Positions 25,163-34,812 of a DNA stretch of 64,000 bases are shown in pieces. The notes under the pieces are model-generated. The model saw only the letters and a program-made list of their open reading frames with translations. It did no database searches and was not told the DNA's origin. A program made the translations under genes and the position numbers. The first letter of the stretch is position 1; every line of letters begins with the position of its first letter. The stretch spans positions 3,312-67,311 of the forward strand of contig JAYUFZ010000018.1 of the NCBI GenBank assembly GCA_043767845.1. Reading direction: 5' to 3'. Source of the DNA: a bacterium (lineage in GTDB: Bacteria; Patescibacteriota; Saccharimonadia; UBA4664; JBBRNT01).

Positions 25163-26560
25163 CTAGGCCGTTATCCGCTCTTTGATAGCCGATAGCTCGC
25201 CACGCAACGCCTCATCGACCTCTAGGAGTTTTTCGATTTTAGTAACTGAGTGCATGGCTGTGGAGTGGTCTCGGCCACCGACCACGGCCGCGATCTTCGG
25301 AAAACTCAGGCTCAGCTCGTGGCGCATTAGGTACATGGCCACCTGCCTGGGGGTCACAATCTCTTTGTCGCGCTTGGGGCCTATCAGGTCGGCACTACTC
25401 AGGTCGTAGTAATTGGCGACTTTATCGAGAATGGCCTTGGGCGTGACGGCTCGGGCTTTGGTTTTACCATTGGCACGGCTTCCGAACAGGCTGGCAGCAG
25501 CAGCCACACTGGCTTCGACATGATGGAACTCGCAGTGGGCGATAAAGCGTGTCAGGCTGCCCTCGAGTTCACGCACATTACTGGCCACGTTTTTGGCGAT
25601 ATAGTCTATAACCTCCACGGACAGTAGTACTCCTTGGGCGGCCGCTTTGCGCTGCAATATGGCTGAGCGGGTTTCGAGGTCAGGGGCTGAAATGTCGGCC
25701 ATCATACCCGAGGCAAAGCGCGACTTGAGCCGGTCTTCAAGTCCCGGGATGGCTTGGGGCTGTTTATCGCTCGAGAGGATAATTTGCTTATTGGCTTGGT
25801 GGAGGGCATTGAAAGTGTGGAAGAACTCTTCTTGGGTTCGTTCTTTGCTGCCCAGGAATTGGATGTCGTCGACGATGAGTACATCGACCTTGCGGTACTT
25901 GTCGGCAAAGTACTGGGTTTTTTTCTGGCTCAAGGAACGCAGAAATTCGTTGGTAAATTCCTCGCTGGTCACGTAGCAAATCTTTTTGCCTGGGTCCTTA
26001 CGCACAATCTCATTACCAACGGCCTGCATCAGGTGGGTCTTGCCGAGGCCAACCCCGCCATATATAAACAGCGGATTGTACTTGGTGCCAGGGAATTTCA
26101 CGACCGCCACGCTCGCGGCGTAGGCTAGCTCATTACTTGAACCGACAACGAAGTTATCAAAGCTGTAGCGGTTGTTATAGCCACTGGTGGCCGCGGCCTT
26201 GGGTGCTTCTTGCCTGGGGCTTGGCGCCTCGTTGAGGTCGCCATCATCATCGTCGAATGTTGCTCCAGGCTTACCCGATGAGGAGAGCTTAACAGCTGGA
26301 GCCGCCGCCGCTTTTCCAATAGTGTATTCCACTGAGGTCACGGAGCTATTGAGCTTCATGAGCGTTTGCTTAATCTGGACATGATAGCGCTTAGCCAACT
26401 GCTCTTTATGGAACATCGAGGGTGTGCCGATGATTACTCGGCCACTCTCGTTCGAGGCGATCGAGGTACCGTCAAACCATGTAGAAAAGCCAGCCTTCGT
26501 CATATTAGTACTTAACTCAAGCTCACCAAGCACAGCCTGCCACAACCCCTTATCGTCCAT
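25163..26560 (-). CDS. dnaA: chromosomal replication initiator protein DnaA
   Basis: AAA+ Walker A 'GGVGLGKTHLMQAVGNEI', 'LIVDDIQFL', and C-terminal DnaA-box-binding helix 'RDHSTAMHSVTKIEKL'. Confidence 0.95.
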   Translation of the reverse strand: MDDKGLWQAVLGELELSTNMTKAGFSTWFDGTSIASNESGRVIIGTPSMFHKEQLAKRYHVQIKQTLMKLNSSVTSVEYTIGKAAAAPAVKLSSSGKPGATFDDDDGDLNEAPSPRQEAPKAAATSGYNNRYSFDNFVVGSSNELAYAASVAVVKFPGTKYNPLFIYGGVGLGKTHLMQAVGNEIVRKDPGKKICYVTSEEFTNEFLRSLSQKKTQYFADKYRKVDVLIVDDIQFLGSKERTQEEFFHTFNALHQANKQIILSSDKQPQAIPGLEDRLKSRFASGMMADISAPDLETRSAILQRKAAAQGVLLSVEVIDYIAKNVASNVRELEGSLTRFIAHCEFHHVEASVAAAASLFGSRANGKTKARAVTPKAILDKVANYYDLSSADLIGPKRDKEIVTPRQVAMYLMRHELSLSFPKIAAVVGGRDHSTAMHSVTKIEKLLEVDEALRGELSAIKERITA

Positions 26561-26866
26561 TGCCCTCTACCCTCTTTCTGCACTAATCATAACTAGCTTA
26601 CCAACTATCCACAAGCCTGTTAATCAGAGTTATGTGCTGCTTAGAGTTATGCACAGAATAAGTATTACAGATAGGAATAAGGGGATAAGCCTATCTGGTC
26701 TGCGGACAACTAGCGCGATTGGTGATTTATGCCCCTTAATTCAGTTCACTCAACAGGTTGACGCCAGGCTAAAAATAGCGTAATGTTGTGAGGTTAAAGC
26801 CCTGGACTATACTAGGGTTAATGCTTAAGAGTAGCCGAGAGCTTATCGGTCAGAAAAGGTATCACC
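26561..26866. promoter_or_regulatory. dnaA-rpmH intergenic region with DnaA-box-like 9-mers (CTATCCACA 26605-26613; TTATGCACA 26647-26655; GGGGATAAG 26681-26689); probable oriC / dnaA promoter region
   Basis: Motifs read directly. Divergent dnaA(-)/rpmH(+) arrangement as in Firmicutes-type origins. Confidence 0.55.
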
Positions 26867-27004
26867 GTGTCGAAACGAACATTTCAACCAAAAAAAGGTC
26901 GCCGTCAGCGCGTTCATGGCTTTTTAGAGCGCATGAGTACCCGTAATGGCCGCAATGTCTTGAAGCGCCGCCGCCTCAAGGGTCGCGTCCGCGTCGCTAT
27001 CTAG
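26867..27004 (+). CDS. rpmH: 50S ribosomal protein L34
   Basis: GTG start; '[45 protein letters not shown]' (45 aa, below the ORF-track cutoff). Confidence 0.9.
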   Translation: MSKRTFQPKKGRRQRVHGFLERMSTRNGRNVLKRRRLKGRVRVAI

Positions 27005-27013
27005 GGCAGGGTT

Positions 27014-27382
27014 ATGCTTGCACGCGAGCAACGCCTCCGTAAAAGCGCCGATATAGCCCGAGTCTATAAGCTCGGGCGTTTTGGTAATTCGGGCGAACTA
27101 CAAGTGAAGGCCTTATTCCGCAAGCAGACAACTACAAGGGCGGCGGTTGTAGTTAGCAAAAAGGTGTCCAAAAAGGCTGTTGTCCGCAACCGTATCCGCC
27201 GTCGCCTCACGGCGAACTTAGCCGCTCGCTGGCAGACACTAGCCGCTGGTTACGATATAGTAGTAAGTGTACGCAGCGATGTGAGTGAACTACCAGCGCC
27301 AGAGCTGAGCCGCAAACTCGACCAATGCCTTACCCGCTGTGGAGTTCAGGGCACCGGCATGGCCTCTAAAATAAGGAAATAA
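27014..27382 (+). CDS. rnpA: ribonuclease P protein component
   Basis: 'LGRFGNSGELQVKALFRKQTTTRAAVVVSKKVSKKAVVRNRIRRRL' plus rpmH-rnpA synteny. Confidence 0.85.
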   Translation: MLAREQRLRKSADIARVYKLGRFGNSGELQVKALFRKQTTTRAAVVVSKKVSKKAVVRNRIRRRLTANLAARWQTLAAGYDIVVSVRSDVSELPAPELSRKLDQCLTRCGVQGTGMASKIRK

Positions 27383-27383
27383 T

Positions 27384-28139
27384 ATGTTTAGTACTTACAT
27401 TGTTCATCCGCTCTTTAATCTGCTGACCTTTATATACGCCGTGATTCCGGGGCACGATTTTGGTGTAGCGATCATTATATTCACCGTGTTAGTCCGGGCC
27501 GCCATGTGGCCACTACTGGCCAAGCAGCTCCACTCCCAGCGCGCCATGCAGCAACTCGCTCCTGAGATCGCCCGGGTCCGCAAAGAAGCCGACGGCGACA
27601 AACAGAAGGAGAGCCAACTGCTCATGGAGCTCTACAAGGAAAAGGAGATTAACCCTTTCGCCTCACTGGTTCCGCTCTTAATCCAGATTCCAATCTTTCT
27701 AGCCCTCTTCGCGGTGCTCAAAGACATTATCAAAACCGGCGAGATCGCCCGCTTGAGCTACTCTTTCGTACGGAGCCAATCGACTATTAAGGATTTGATA
27801 GCTGCTGGCGGTGCTTTTCACCCAACACTCCTGGGACTTATTAACCTAGCCAAACCCAGCGCCATACTCGCAGTACTGGCAGGAGCCGCTCAATACGTAC
27901 AAACCAAGCAGCTCTTACCTAAAAAAACCGAGCCCGGCGACACCCAAGCCCAAACCATGGCCGGTATGACCGTACTCTTCCCTTTCCTGACGGCTGGCAT
28001 TGGCCTGACCCTACCTGCCGCCCTGTCGCTGTACTGGGTGAGTGCTAGTGTGGTGGCTATTATTCAGCAATGGATGCTCCTGCGCCGCGACGTAGAAGAG
28101 ATGGAGGACGTGGCTGATAAAAAGGGGAAGAAGCAGTGA
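27384..28139 (+). CDS. yidC: membrane protein insertase YidC (short, Gram-positive type)
   Basis: Five TM segments, 'LYKEKEINPFASLVPLLIQIPIFLALFAVL', and rnpA-yidC-jag synteny. Confidence 0.85.
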   Translation: MFSTYIVHPLFNLLTFIYAVIPGHDFGVAIIIFTVLVRAAMWPLLAKQLHSQRAMQQLAPEIARVRKEADGDKQKESQLLMELYKEKEINPFASLVPLLIQIPIFLALFAVLKDIIKTGEIARLSYSFVRSQSTIKDLIAAGGAFHPTLLGLINLAKPSAILAVLAGAAQYVQTKQLLPKKTEPGDTQAQTMAGMTVLFPFLTAGIGLTLPAALSLYWVSASVVAIIQQWMLLRRDVEEMEDVADKKGKKQ

Positions 28140-28594
28140 ATGACGAGCTAATAGCTTACGCCAAGAACCAACTCGAGGAGCTCCTAACTTTCTTTGGGCT
28201 CAATACGACAGTCGCCATTGAGCGTGATGGCGAGAACGTCGAACTGCAAGTACCCGCCGATTTAGCTGGTCGGCTCATTGGCCATCACGGCGAGACGCTG
28301 CGGGCTATTCAGCACATTGTGAATATGATGGTGCGGGCCAAGACCCGCGAGCGAGTTTACGTGAGTGTCGATATCGCCGGCTATAAGCAAGCTCGGGCCG
28401 AGGCCTTGACTGCTCAAGCGTTGGCTAGTGCCGATAAGGCTGTGAGCGAGGGCGAGAAGCAAGAACTGCGACCAATGACTCCAGCCGAGCGCCGCGTGGT
28501 GCACATGGCTCTGGCTGAGCGGAGTGACGTGACCACGGAGAGTGCCGGCGAGGGTGCTGATAGGCGAGTAGTGATCGTGCCTGTCGCGAAATAA
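28136..28594 (+). CDS. jag: Jag/R3H-domain RNA-binding protein
   Basis: KH-like N-terminus and an R3H-type C-terminus ('ELRPMTPAERRVVHMALAER..VTTESAGEGADRRVVI'). ATGA overlap with yidC. Confidence 0.75.
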   Translation: MNDELIAYAKNQLEELLTFFGLNTTVAIERDGENVELQVPADLAGRLIGHHGETLRAIQHIVNMMVRAKTRERVYVSVDIAGYKQARAEALTAQALASADKAVSEGEKQELRPMTPAERRVVHMALAERSDVTTESAGEGADRRVVIVPVAK

Positions 28595-28602
28595 CGCTTA
28601 GC

Positions 28603-29952
28603 GTGAAGAAAACCCATCAAGAAACTATTGTCGCCCTAGCTACTCCTTCAGGAGCGGGCGGCATTGCTATTATTCGGATCAGCGGACCGGATTCGGCGGC
28701 GGTTATTCGTCGTATTCATTCTCGGGCGGATCAAGCTATCTCGTCCCCACGCACCCTGGTGCTTGGTCGGCTATTGAGCGATGGCTCGGCCATCGACCAG
28801 GGCTTGGTAGTGTATATGCCCGGCCCCAAGTCCTACACCGGCGAGGATGTGGCTGAGCTCCAAGTCCACACTAGCCCAGCAATTATTAAGCTATTACTTG
28901 AAGCCGCTGTGCAGTTCGGATCAAGGCTCGCCGAACCGGGCGAGTTTACCAAGCGTGCCTACCTCAACGGCAAACTCGACCTCGCCCAGGCTGAGGCCGT
29001 AGCCGATGTGATTGCGGCCAGCAGTACCTCAGCGGTCAAGCTGGCTACCGCCCAGCTGGCTGGATCCTTGTCGAGGCAGGTAGGCGAGCAACGTGCCGCA
29101 CTTGTGGGGATTGTGGCCATGCTGGTGGCTAATCTTGACTTTGGCGAAGAGGATATTCCAGATATCGACGCCGATGAATTGTTGGCCGACTTACAGCGGA
29201 TACAGGCGACCATGAACAGCTGGCTGGCCTCAAGCAAGCAGGGGATGATTATGCGCCATGGACTGGCCGTAGCAATTGTTGGCCTGCCGAACGCCGGCAA
29301 GTCGAGTCTACTGAATGCCTTGATTGGTTATGAACGGGCAATAGTGACCAATATTGCCGGCACCACCCGCGACACCCTGGAAGAGCAGATCGAGATCGAT
29401 GGTTTGGCGGTCCGCATTGTCGACACGGCTGGGCTGACCGAGACCAGTGACGTCGTAGAGGGCATTGGCGTTGCGCGGGCCCACCTGGCGGCGGAGGAGG
29501 CGGACTTGGTGCTTTTGTGCGCCGCAGCCGACCAGGACTTGGGCCAGCTGAAGTTTAAACCCCCGAAGGGTATACCGATGATCGGTGTCCAGACCAAGAT
29601 CGATGAGCTGAGCGGCGCCATTGGGTGGCCCAAGTCGGTTGAGAAGTCAGTAGCCACCTCGGCCAAGACTGGCCAGGGGCTAGACGAGCTGCGCCATGTG
29701 ATTAGCCAGGCGGCGGGGGAGACTGGGTCGGGCGAGATGCCGGTGCTTGCCAACCTGCGCCATATTGAGGCTGTTCGCGAATCACTTGGCTATCTTGAGC
29801 AAACGATTCAAGCCCTAGAAGATGAAGCACCATTAGACATTGTGGCGGGGGAGTTGACGCTTGCGGCCGAGGCACTCTCGTCGATCGTTGGTGAAAACGT
29901 TGGCAAGGAGATTATTGATGCGGTGTTTTCTAAGTTTTGCATCGGAAAGTGA
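28603..29952 (+). CDS. mnmE: tRNA modification GTPase MnmE
   Basis: GTG start; 'TIVALATPSGAGGIAIIRISG', G-domain 'GLPNAGKSSLLNAL..DTAG', and terminal 'CIGK'. Confidence 0.9.
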   Translation: MKKTHQETIVALATPSGAGGIAIIRISGPDSAAVIRRIHSRADQAISSPRTLVLGRLLSDGSAIDQGLVVYMPGPKSYTGEDVAELQVHTSPAIIKLLLEAAVQFGSRLAEPGEFTKRAYLNGKLDLAQAEAVADVIAASSTSAVKLATAQLAGSLSRQVGEQRAALVGIVAMLVANLDFGEEDIPDIDADELLADLQRIQATMNSWLASSKQGMIMRHGLAVAIVGLPNAGKSSLLNALIGYERAIVTNIAGTTRDTLEEQIEIDGLAVRIVDTAGLTETSDVVEGIGVARAHLAAEEADLVLLCAAADQDLGQLKFKPPKGIPMIGVQTKIDELSGAIGWPKSVEKSVATSAKTGQGLDELRHVISQAAGETGSGEMPVLANLRHIEAVRESLGYLEQTIQALEDEAPLDIVAGELTLAAEALSSIVGENVGKEIIDAVFSKFCIGK

Positions 29953-29961
29953 TCTGTTGGT

Positions 29962-31074
29962 CTACTCGAATTCCCGGTAAATAGCTAATGTCTGCTCGGC
30001 CATCCGCCGCCAGGAAAACAGCTTAATATGCTCCGGGCCAGCCAGCCGTAATCGCTCGAGCTGCTTTTTATCGTCCAAAACTGCGCAGATCTTAGCCGCC
30101 ATATCGGCTGTGTCCAGCGGGTCGAAGTAGACAGCGGCTTCGCCACAAACTTCCGGTAGGCAGCTGGCGTGAGCGGCGAGTACCGGCGTGCCTTGAGACA
30201 TGGCCTCCAGTGCCGGCAAGCCAAAGCCCTCGGACAAAGAGGGGAATACAAAGGCTTTGGCATGCTTGTAAAGCCACACCAGCTCGCTATCACTCACGAA
30301 GCCGGCAAAGATCACCTTATTACTAAGACCTAGTCGCTGGGCCTCTAGCTGGAGCTGCCCCTGGAAATAGTCAGCCTTACCAGTTAGCACTAGCTCAAGG
30401 TTAGGATTACTGGCCTGGGCCAGCTTAAAAGCTTTCAATAGTCGCCCAATATTCTTATTCGGATAGTAATTGCCTACATATAGTAGGTAGTCACCCCCTA
30501 CGGCAAAAGCTGGCTTTTTTGGTGAAGCAAAGAGGGGATCGACAGATAGGAGAGTGGTCGTGACTTTGCTCGGGCTGATTTTAAATGGACTATGCTCGTA
30601 ACGGGATATGATTTGCTGCCGCACGAACTCGGTATCAGTGATTAGCCGGGAACGCATAATTGCGCAACGTAGCACCAACCGCATGCCCCAATATTTCAGC
30701 TCGTATAATATTTTCTTAGCACCCTCGCCCTGGTTGGTTTTGTAACTCACTAATGTCAGATCGTGAATAGTCGCTACCCGCCTGCCAAAGTAGAGTGGGG
30801 GAGCGGTAAAGTGTGGGAAGTGGACGAGGTCGGGTCGCAGGCGGTAAAGCGTGATGGGTAGTAAGATCTGCTCGGCTAGGCTGTAGGGCCTTATGTCGGC
30901 TAGCTGCTTCGTAAAGTTGGCCGCTTTCGGCTGCCAGCCCTCGAAATCCTTGGCCAGTAACAGAACGATATATTGATTGCTATGATCAATGTCTTGAAGC
31001 TGGTCAAGCAAATTCCAAGTATAGCGGCCAATGCCGGTCCAGGTAATCATGCGGGCGTCGATGATTATTTTCAT
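29962..31074 (-). CDS. glycosyltransferase family 4
   Basis: C-terminal 'FPSLSEGFGLPALEAMSQGTPVLAAHASCLPEV'. Confidence 0.8.
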   Translation of the reverse strand: MKIIIDARMITWTGIGRYTWNLLDQLQDIDHSNQYIVLLLAKDFEGWQPKAANFTKQLADIRPYSLAEQILLPITLYRLRPDLVHFPHFTAPPLYFGRRVATIHDLTLVSYKTNQGEGAKKILYELKYWGMRLVLRCAIMRSRLITDTEFVRQQIISRYEHSPFKISPSKVTTTLLSVDPLFASPKKPAFAVGGDYLLYVGNYYPNKNIGRLLKAFKLAQASNPNLELVLTGKADYFQGQLQLEAQRLGLSNKVIFAGFVSDSELVWLYKHAKAFVFPSLSEGFGLPALEAMSQGTPVLAAHASCLPEVCGEAAVYFDPLDTADMAAKICAVLDDKKQLERLRLAGPEHIKLFSWRRMAEQTLAIYREFE

Positions 31075-33716
31075 GCTGTATTTATCCGAGCCGCACTGGG
31101 TACTAAGGAGACGTTCTTAAATTCGGGGGCGAACAAGGCTAATCCTAGCAGCGTCCAGAAGACCATATTTAAACTGAAATCACTCGACCAGGTGTGTAAA
31201 AACATAGCATTGAAAGTGAGGCCAACTCCGAGCCAGGCCACCACCGGAGTGCCTTCCCTGAAGGCTGTTCGAATAGCAATAAAAATAAATGCCATATAGA
31301 GAGCTAAACCAATAAGACCCAGTTCTTGGGTGATTTGAATATACCAATTCTCGCTAATCACAACCTCTTCGGAGGTTGCAAAAGTAACTGGTCCGGCCGT
31401 TCCAATGCCACTACCAATTATTAAGTCTGGGGCGCGACGCTTGACCGTCGACACAACATTTGAAGAGGTAATGTCGGCATGCTCATTTGTCGATTCTCCA
31501 TGGAGCAAGACCATTCTGAGACTCTCGTGATACTGTAGCACACCAATGCTTGAGCCTATTAGGATGGAAAAACCAAGTACCAGTACTGGCCAGTTAACTT
31601 GCTTTTTACGAGCATCCGAGATGAACAATCCAAGTCCCAAAACTGCCGTCGCGAGCCAGGCACTACGTGCTTGGGTAAGCCCCAAAAATATGCCCACGGG
31701 TATGACGGCAATGAACCGTCGTTTTCCAGAGAAGAATGTGAGCGCCAGGGCGGCAGCAATAGCCAGTAGGCTACCAAAAGGGTTGGGTCCAGGAGTGAAG
31801 GAACGGATCTGTGGTATCTTGCCTACAAAATGACGCAGCAGATCTTGGTGCGCCCAAACCCGGAAACTGTGGTTAAAGAAGAATTCAATTGTTCCAAAGA
31901 ACATCAGAAAACCAAATAAGCCGACGATGGTTAACAGTATGCGCTTGACCTCTTTGCGCTTGGGTACGACAATCCAGATGGTTAGGAAGCCCAGAAGGCC
32001 GCTAAAGTCCGCCCGTAACCCACGGAAACCCTGCCACGTTGGCGCCTGGCCAATGAATATCGAGAGCGTAGCCCAGGCTAGTATCACAAGGCACAGCACT
32101 ATTACTAAAGGCAGCTTTCCACGACCTCGAAGCTCTGGGTAATAGGTCGCAACGGCCAAGCCAAGACAGGCAATCGGGACAAGCTCCAGGCCATACTTAA
32201 AGGCGCTCAATGCCAAGTGGGGGATATGGCCAGCCATAATAATGTAGGCAAACTCCCGGAGCGGTGTGAATACAAGGCTGATGGCTAGTAAGGCCAAGAT
32301 GGTGGCTCGGAGCTTGGTTCTCATAGTATTGATTCTAGGTAATCGCAGCCAAACATACAAACCGCGAAGCCGCGACTTGCCAGTATGCTTGCCTGTAGCT
32401 AGTCCTGCAAGCAGCGCCATACAAATCCAGATATGGGTCAGGAAGAAGCCGGTAAAACTTTGATATTGGATAATGATCGCTACCAGCGCTGCCAATAGCC
32501 CGGCTACCCAGGCTCGTTTTATACCTTCGGCTTCTTGTAGCGTCCGATAGGCAGAGATGCCAATGCTAAGCACAAAGCCAGACAACAACATGAAGCCCAC
32601 TACGCCTAGCTCGGCCAACAACTCCCAAAAAGCATTATTGGCGGTTGGCCAGTTCTCTGTGGTGAGTGCTGCGGGATAGTTTAAAAGCGCTGGTCCAAAT
32701 CCCCCTATCCCCACCCCAAAAAGCGGGTGTTTCAGGAATATAGCCCGAGCCTGTCCTTGGGTTTGGTGCCGTTCGGTGAAGGAGCCAGTGTGGGTGAGCT
32801 GGGTGGTGAAGAGCCTTAAAAAAATTACCGGGCCCTTGGTGGCATTGCCATAGTATAGCTTTGACGCACCGGCCGTCGCAGAAAGTGTGAGAATGAGTAT
32901 TAGTAAGACTGTTAGGCCGAACTTACGTAGCGTGGATGAGGAGAGTTTTCGGACATCCCTGTGCAGGAGAGCAATCAGCACTAGGCAACCAGCCAGCGCG
33001 GCAAATATGCCACCCCGCGACATTGTAAGAGCAAGGTTTAAGAGTAAAAGGCCGATAACTGGCATGAGCAGGCGTGGGGCTTTTTTGCCATGCACTATGA
33101 TAATACTCAAGCCGACAAGAACCGGGATCAATAGATAGTTGGCGTAGTAGAGTGGTTCAAGGGCAGTAGCTTGGATGCGTGGGAAACCAAAGACTGCTTT
33201 GGTATAAGCCGCTCTTAGCCCTGTAGCACTGGCAGGCAAGCCGAGGATATCACCAACGTATTGGTAGATGCCAAAGCAGGCTACAGCACCAGCAGATCCA
33301 AAGAGCGCTAGCTGGACGGTCCGCAGCCGCTCGGTTGTTATGAGCTGTGAGACAGCGGCAAATAGGACAAAAAGGCCGAGGCCAATAAGGTAGTTGCGGT
33401 TGAGCTGGCTATAGCGTAGTTGCCAGAGCGGAACTAATGACACCAGAGCGGTGCCGGCGAGGTATTTGTAACTGGGCTGATAACTGAACTTCTCGCGGCC
33501 AGTGAGCAGCCGCGCCATATAGGTGAGCACCAAGGCGGCACCGGCAACCTGCACAATGCGTACCACGGGGTGGCCGGTATGGGGGAGTAATATGTAGGAG
33601 CCGATCCGTTCAAATGGGAGCAATAAAACCACTGTAAAGAGACCCCAACTGGGGCGGTGGTAGAAGGTGGCAGCTAGAAAAACTGTGGCTGCAAGAGTCA
33701 GTAGGAGAGTAGTCAC
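31071..33716 (-). CDS. large polytopic membrane protein, O-antigen polymerase/ligase (Wzy)-like
   Basis: 881 aa with more than 20 hydrophobic segments. Overlaps the upstream GT by 4 nt. Sits in a glycan locus with a Wzx-like flippase. Confidence 0.4.
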   Translation of the reverse strand: MTTLLLTLAATVFLAATFYHRPSWGLFTVVLLLPFERIGSYILLPHTGHPVVRIVQVAGAALVLTYMARLLTGREKFSYQPSYKYLAGTALVSLVPLWQLRYSQLNRNYLIGLGLFVLFAAVSQLITTERLRTVQLALFGSAGAVACFGIYQYVGDILGLPASATGLRAAYTKAVFGFPRIQATALEPLYYANYLLIPVLVGLSIIIVHGKKAPRLLMPVIGLLLLNLALTMSRGGIFAALAGCLVLIALLHRDVRKLSSSTLRKFGLTVLLILILTLSATAGASKLYYGNATKGPVIFLRLFTTQLTHTGSFTERHQTQGQARAIFLKHPLFGVGIGGFGPALLNYPAALTTENWPTANNAFWELLAELGVVGFMLLSGFVLSIGISAYRTLQEAEGIKRAWVAGLLAALVAIIIQYQSFTGFFLTHIWICMALLAGLATGKHTGKSRLRGLYVWLRLPRINTMRTKLRATILALLAISLVFTPLREFAYIIMAGHIPHLALSAFKYGLELVPIACLGLAVATYYPELRGRGKLPLVIVLCLVILAWATLSIFIGQAPTWQGFRGLRADFSGLLGFLTIWIVVPKRKEVKRILLTIVGLFGFLMFFGTIEFFFNHSFRVWAHQDLLRHFVGKIPQIRSFTPGPNPFGSLLAIAAALALTFFSGKRRFIAVIPVGIFLGLTQARSAWLATAVLGLGLFISDARKKQVNWPVLVLGFSILIGSSIGVLQYHESLRMVLLHGESTNEHADITSSNVVSTVKRRAPDLIIGSGIGTAGPVTFATSEEVVISENWYIQITQELGLIGLALYMAFIFIAIRTAFREGTPVVAWLGVGLTFNAMFLHTWSSDFSLNMVFWTLLGLALFAPEFKNVSLVPSAARINTA

Positions 33717-33801
33717 AGCTCCATTGTACCAGCCCTAGCTGTTTGCGCTGAATTTGACTTTGAATCTCTACATGCGACAATTGGAGGAGTATTAATCAGG
33801 A

Positions 33802-34812
33802 GTGAGTATGGCAAATACAGCCCCCAAACGAGCGCTTATCACCGGGATTACTGGCCAGGACGGTAGCCATCTCGCTGAGCTACTCTTGAGCAAGAATTAT
33901 GAGGTATTCGGCCTGATACGAGGCCAACACAACCCCCGCCGCCGCAAAGTGGAGGAAGACTTTTCCAAAGTCACGCTCATAGAGGCCGATCTCTGCGATA
34001 GCGCCTCGCTGGTTCGGGCCGTCGAGGTCTCCCAGCCCGATGAAGTCTACAACCTAGCGGCCGTCAGCTTGCCGGGGTATTCCTTTAAGGTCCCCGAACT
34101 TACTGGCGAGGTGACCGGGCTCGGCGTGCTCCGAATGTTGGAGGCCGTCCGCCTATCTGGCAAAAAGGATACGCGTTTCTATCAAGCCTCAACCTCGGAG
34201 ATGTTTGGCGGCATGGACTATAACCGGCCCGAGGGTGGTTACGTGGAGACCTCGTCCTTCCATCCCCGCAGTCCCTATGGCGTAGCAAAGGTCTATGGCC
34301 ACTGGAGCGCTCGCAACTACCGTGATAGCTATGGAATGTTTGTGAGTTGCGGTATTTTGTTCAATCACGAAGGACCCCGTCGTGGTCTAGAGTTTGTGAC
34401 CCGCAAGATTAGTAATGCTGCCGCTCGAATCAAGCTAGGACTGCAAGATGAGTTGGTACTCGGTAGCCTGGACCCTAAGCGCGATTGGGGTTATGCCGGG
34501 GATTATGTCCGCGGAATGTGGCAGATGCTGCAGCAGGACGAGCCGGATGATTTTATATTGGCCACCGGAGAGACCCACTCTATCCGAGAGTTTTTGGATC
34601 TATCCTTTACTGAAGCCGGACTTGGTGATTGGAAGCCCTATGTCCGTCAGGCCCAGGAATTTATGCGCCCGGCAGAGGTGAATCTGCTGCTTGGTAATCC
34701 AGCAAAGGCCGAAAAAGTTTTGGGCTGGAAGCGCGAAGTTGATTTTCCGGATCTAGTCAAAATGATGGTCGAGAACGACCTCAAAATCGAAGCAGCCAAA
34801 AAGCAAGCCTAG
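33802..34812 (+). CDS. gmd: GDP-mannose 4,6-dehydratase
   Basis: 'ALITGITGQDGSHLAELLLSKNYEVFGLIRG', 'YQASTSEMFG', 'SPYGVAKVYGHW' (catalytic YxxxK), 'GILFNHEGPRRG'. Confidence 0.85.
   Translation: MSMANTAPKRALITGITGQDGSHLAELLLSKNYEVFGLIRGQHNPRRRKVEEDFSKVTLIEADLCDSASLVRAVEVSQPDEVYNLAAVSLPGYSFKVPELTGEVTGLGVLRMLEAVRLSGKKDTRFYQASTSEMFGGMDYNRPEGGYVETSSFHPRSPYGVAKVYGHWSARNYRDSYGMFVSCGILFNHEGPRRGLEFVTRKISNAAARIKLGLQDELVLGSLDPKRDWGYAGDYVRGMWQMLQQDEPDDFILATGETHSIREFLDLSFTEAGLGDWKPYVRQAQEFMRPAEVNLLLGNPAKAEKVLGWKREVDFPDLVKMMVENDLKIEAAKKQA

Noticed and set aside
25647-26128. Plus-strand ORFs 25647..25976 and 25754..26128 inside dnaA
   Set aside because: Antisense to a strongly supported dnaA CDS; no motifs.
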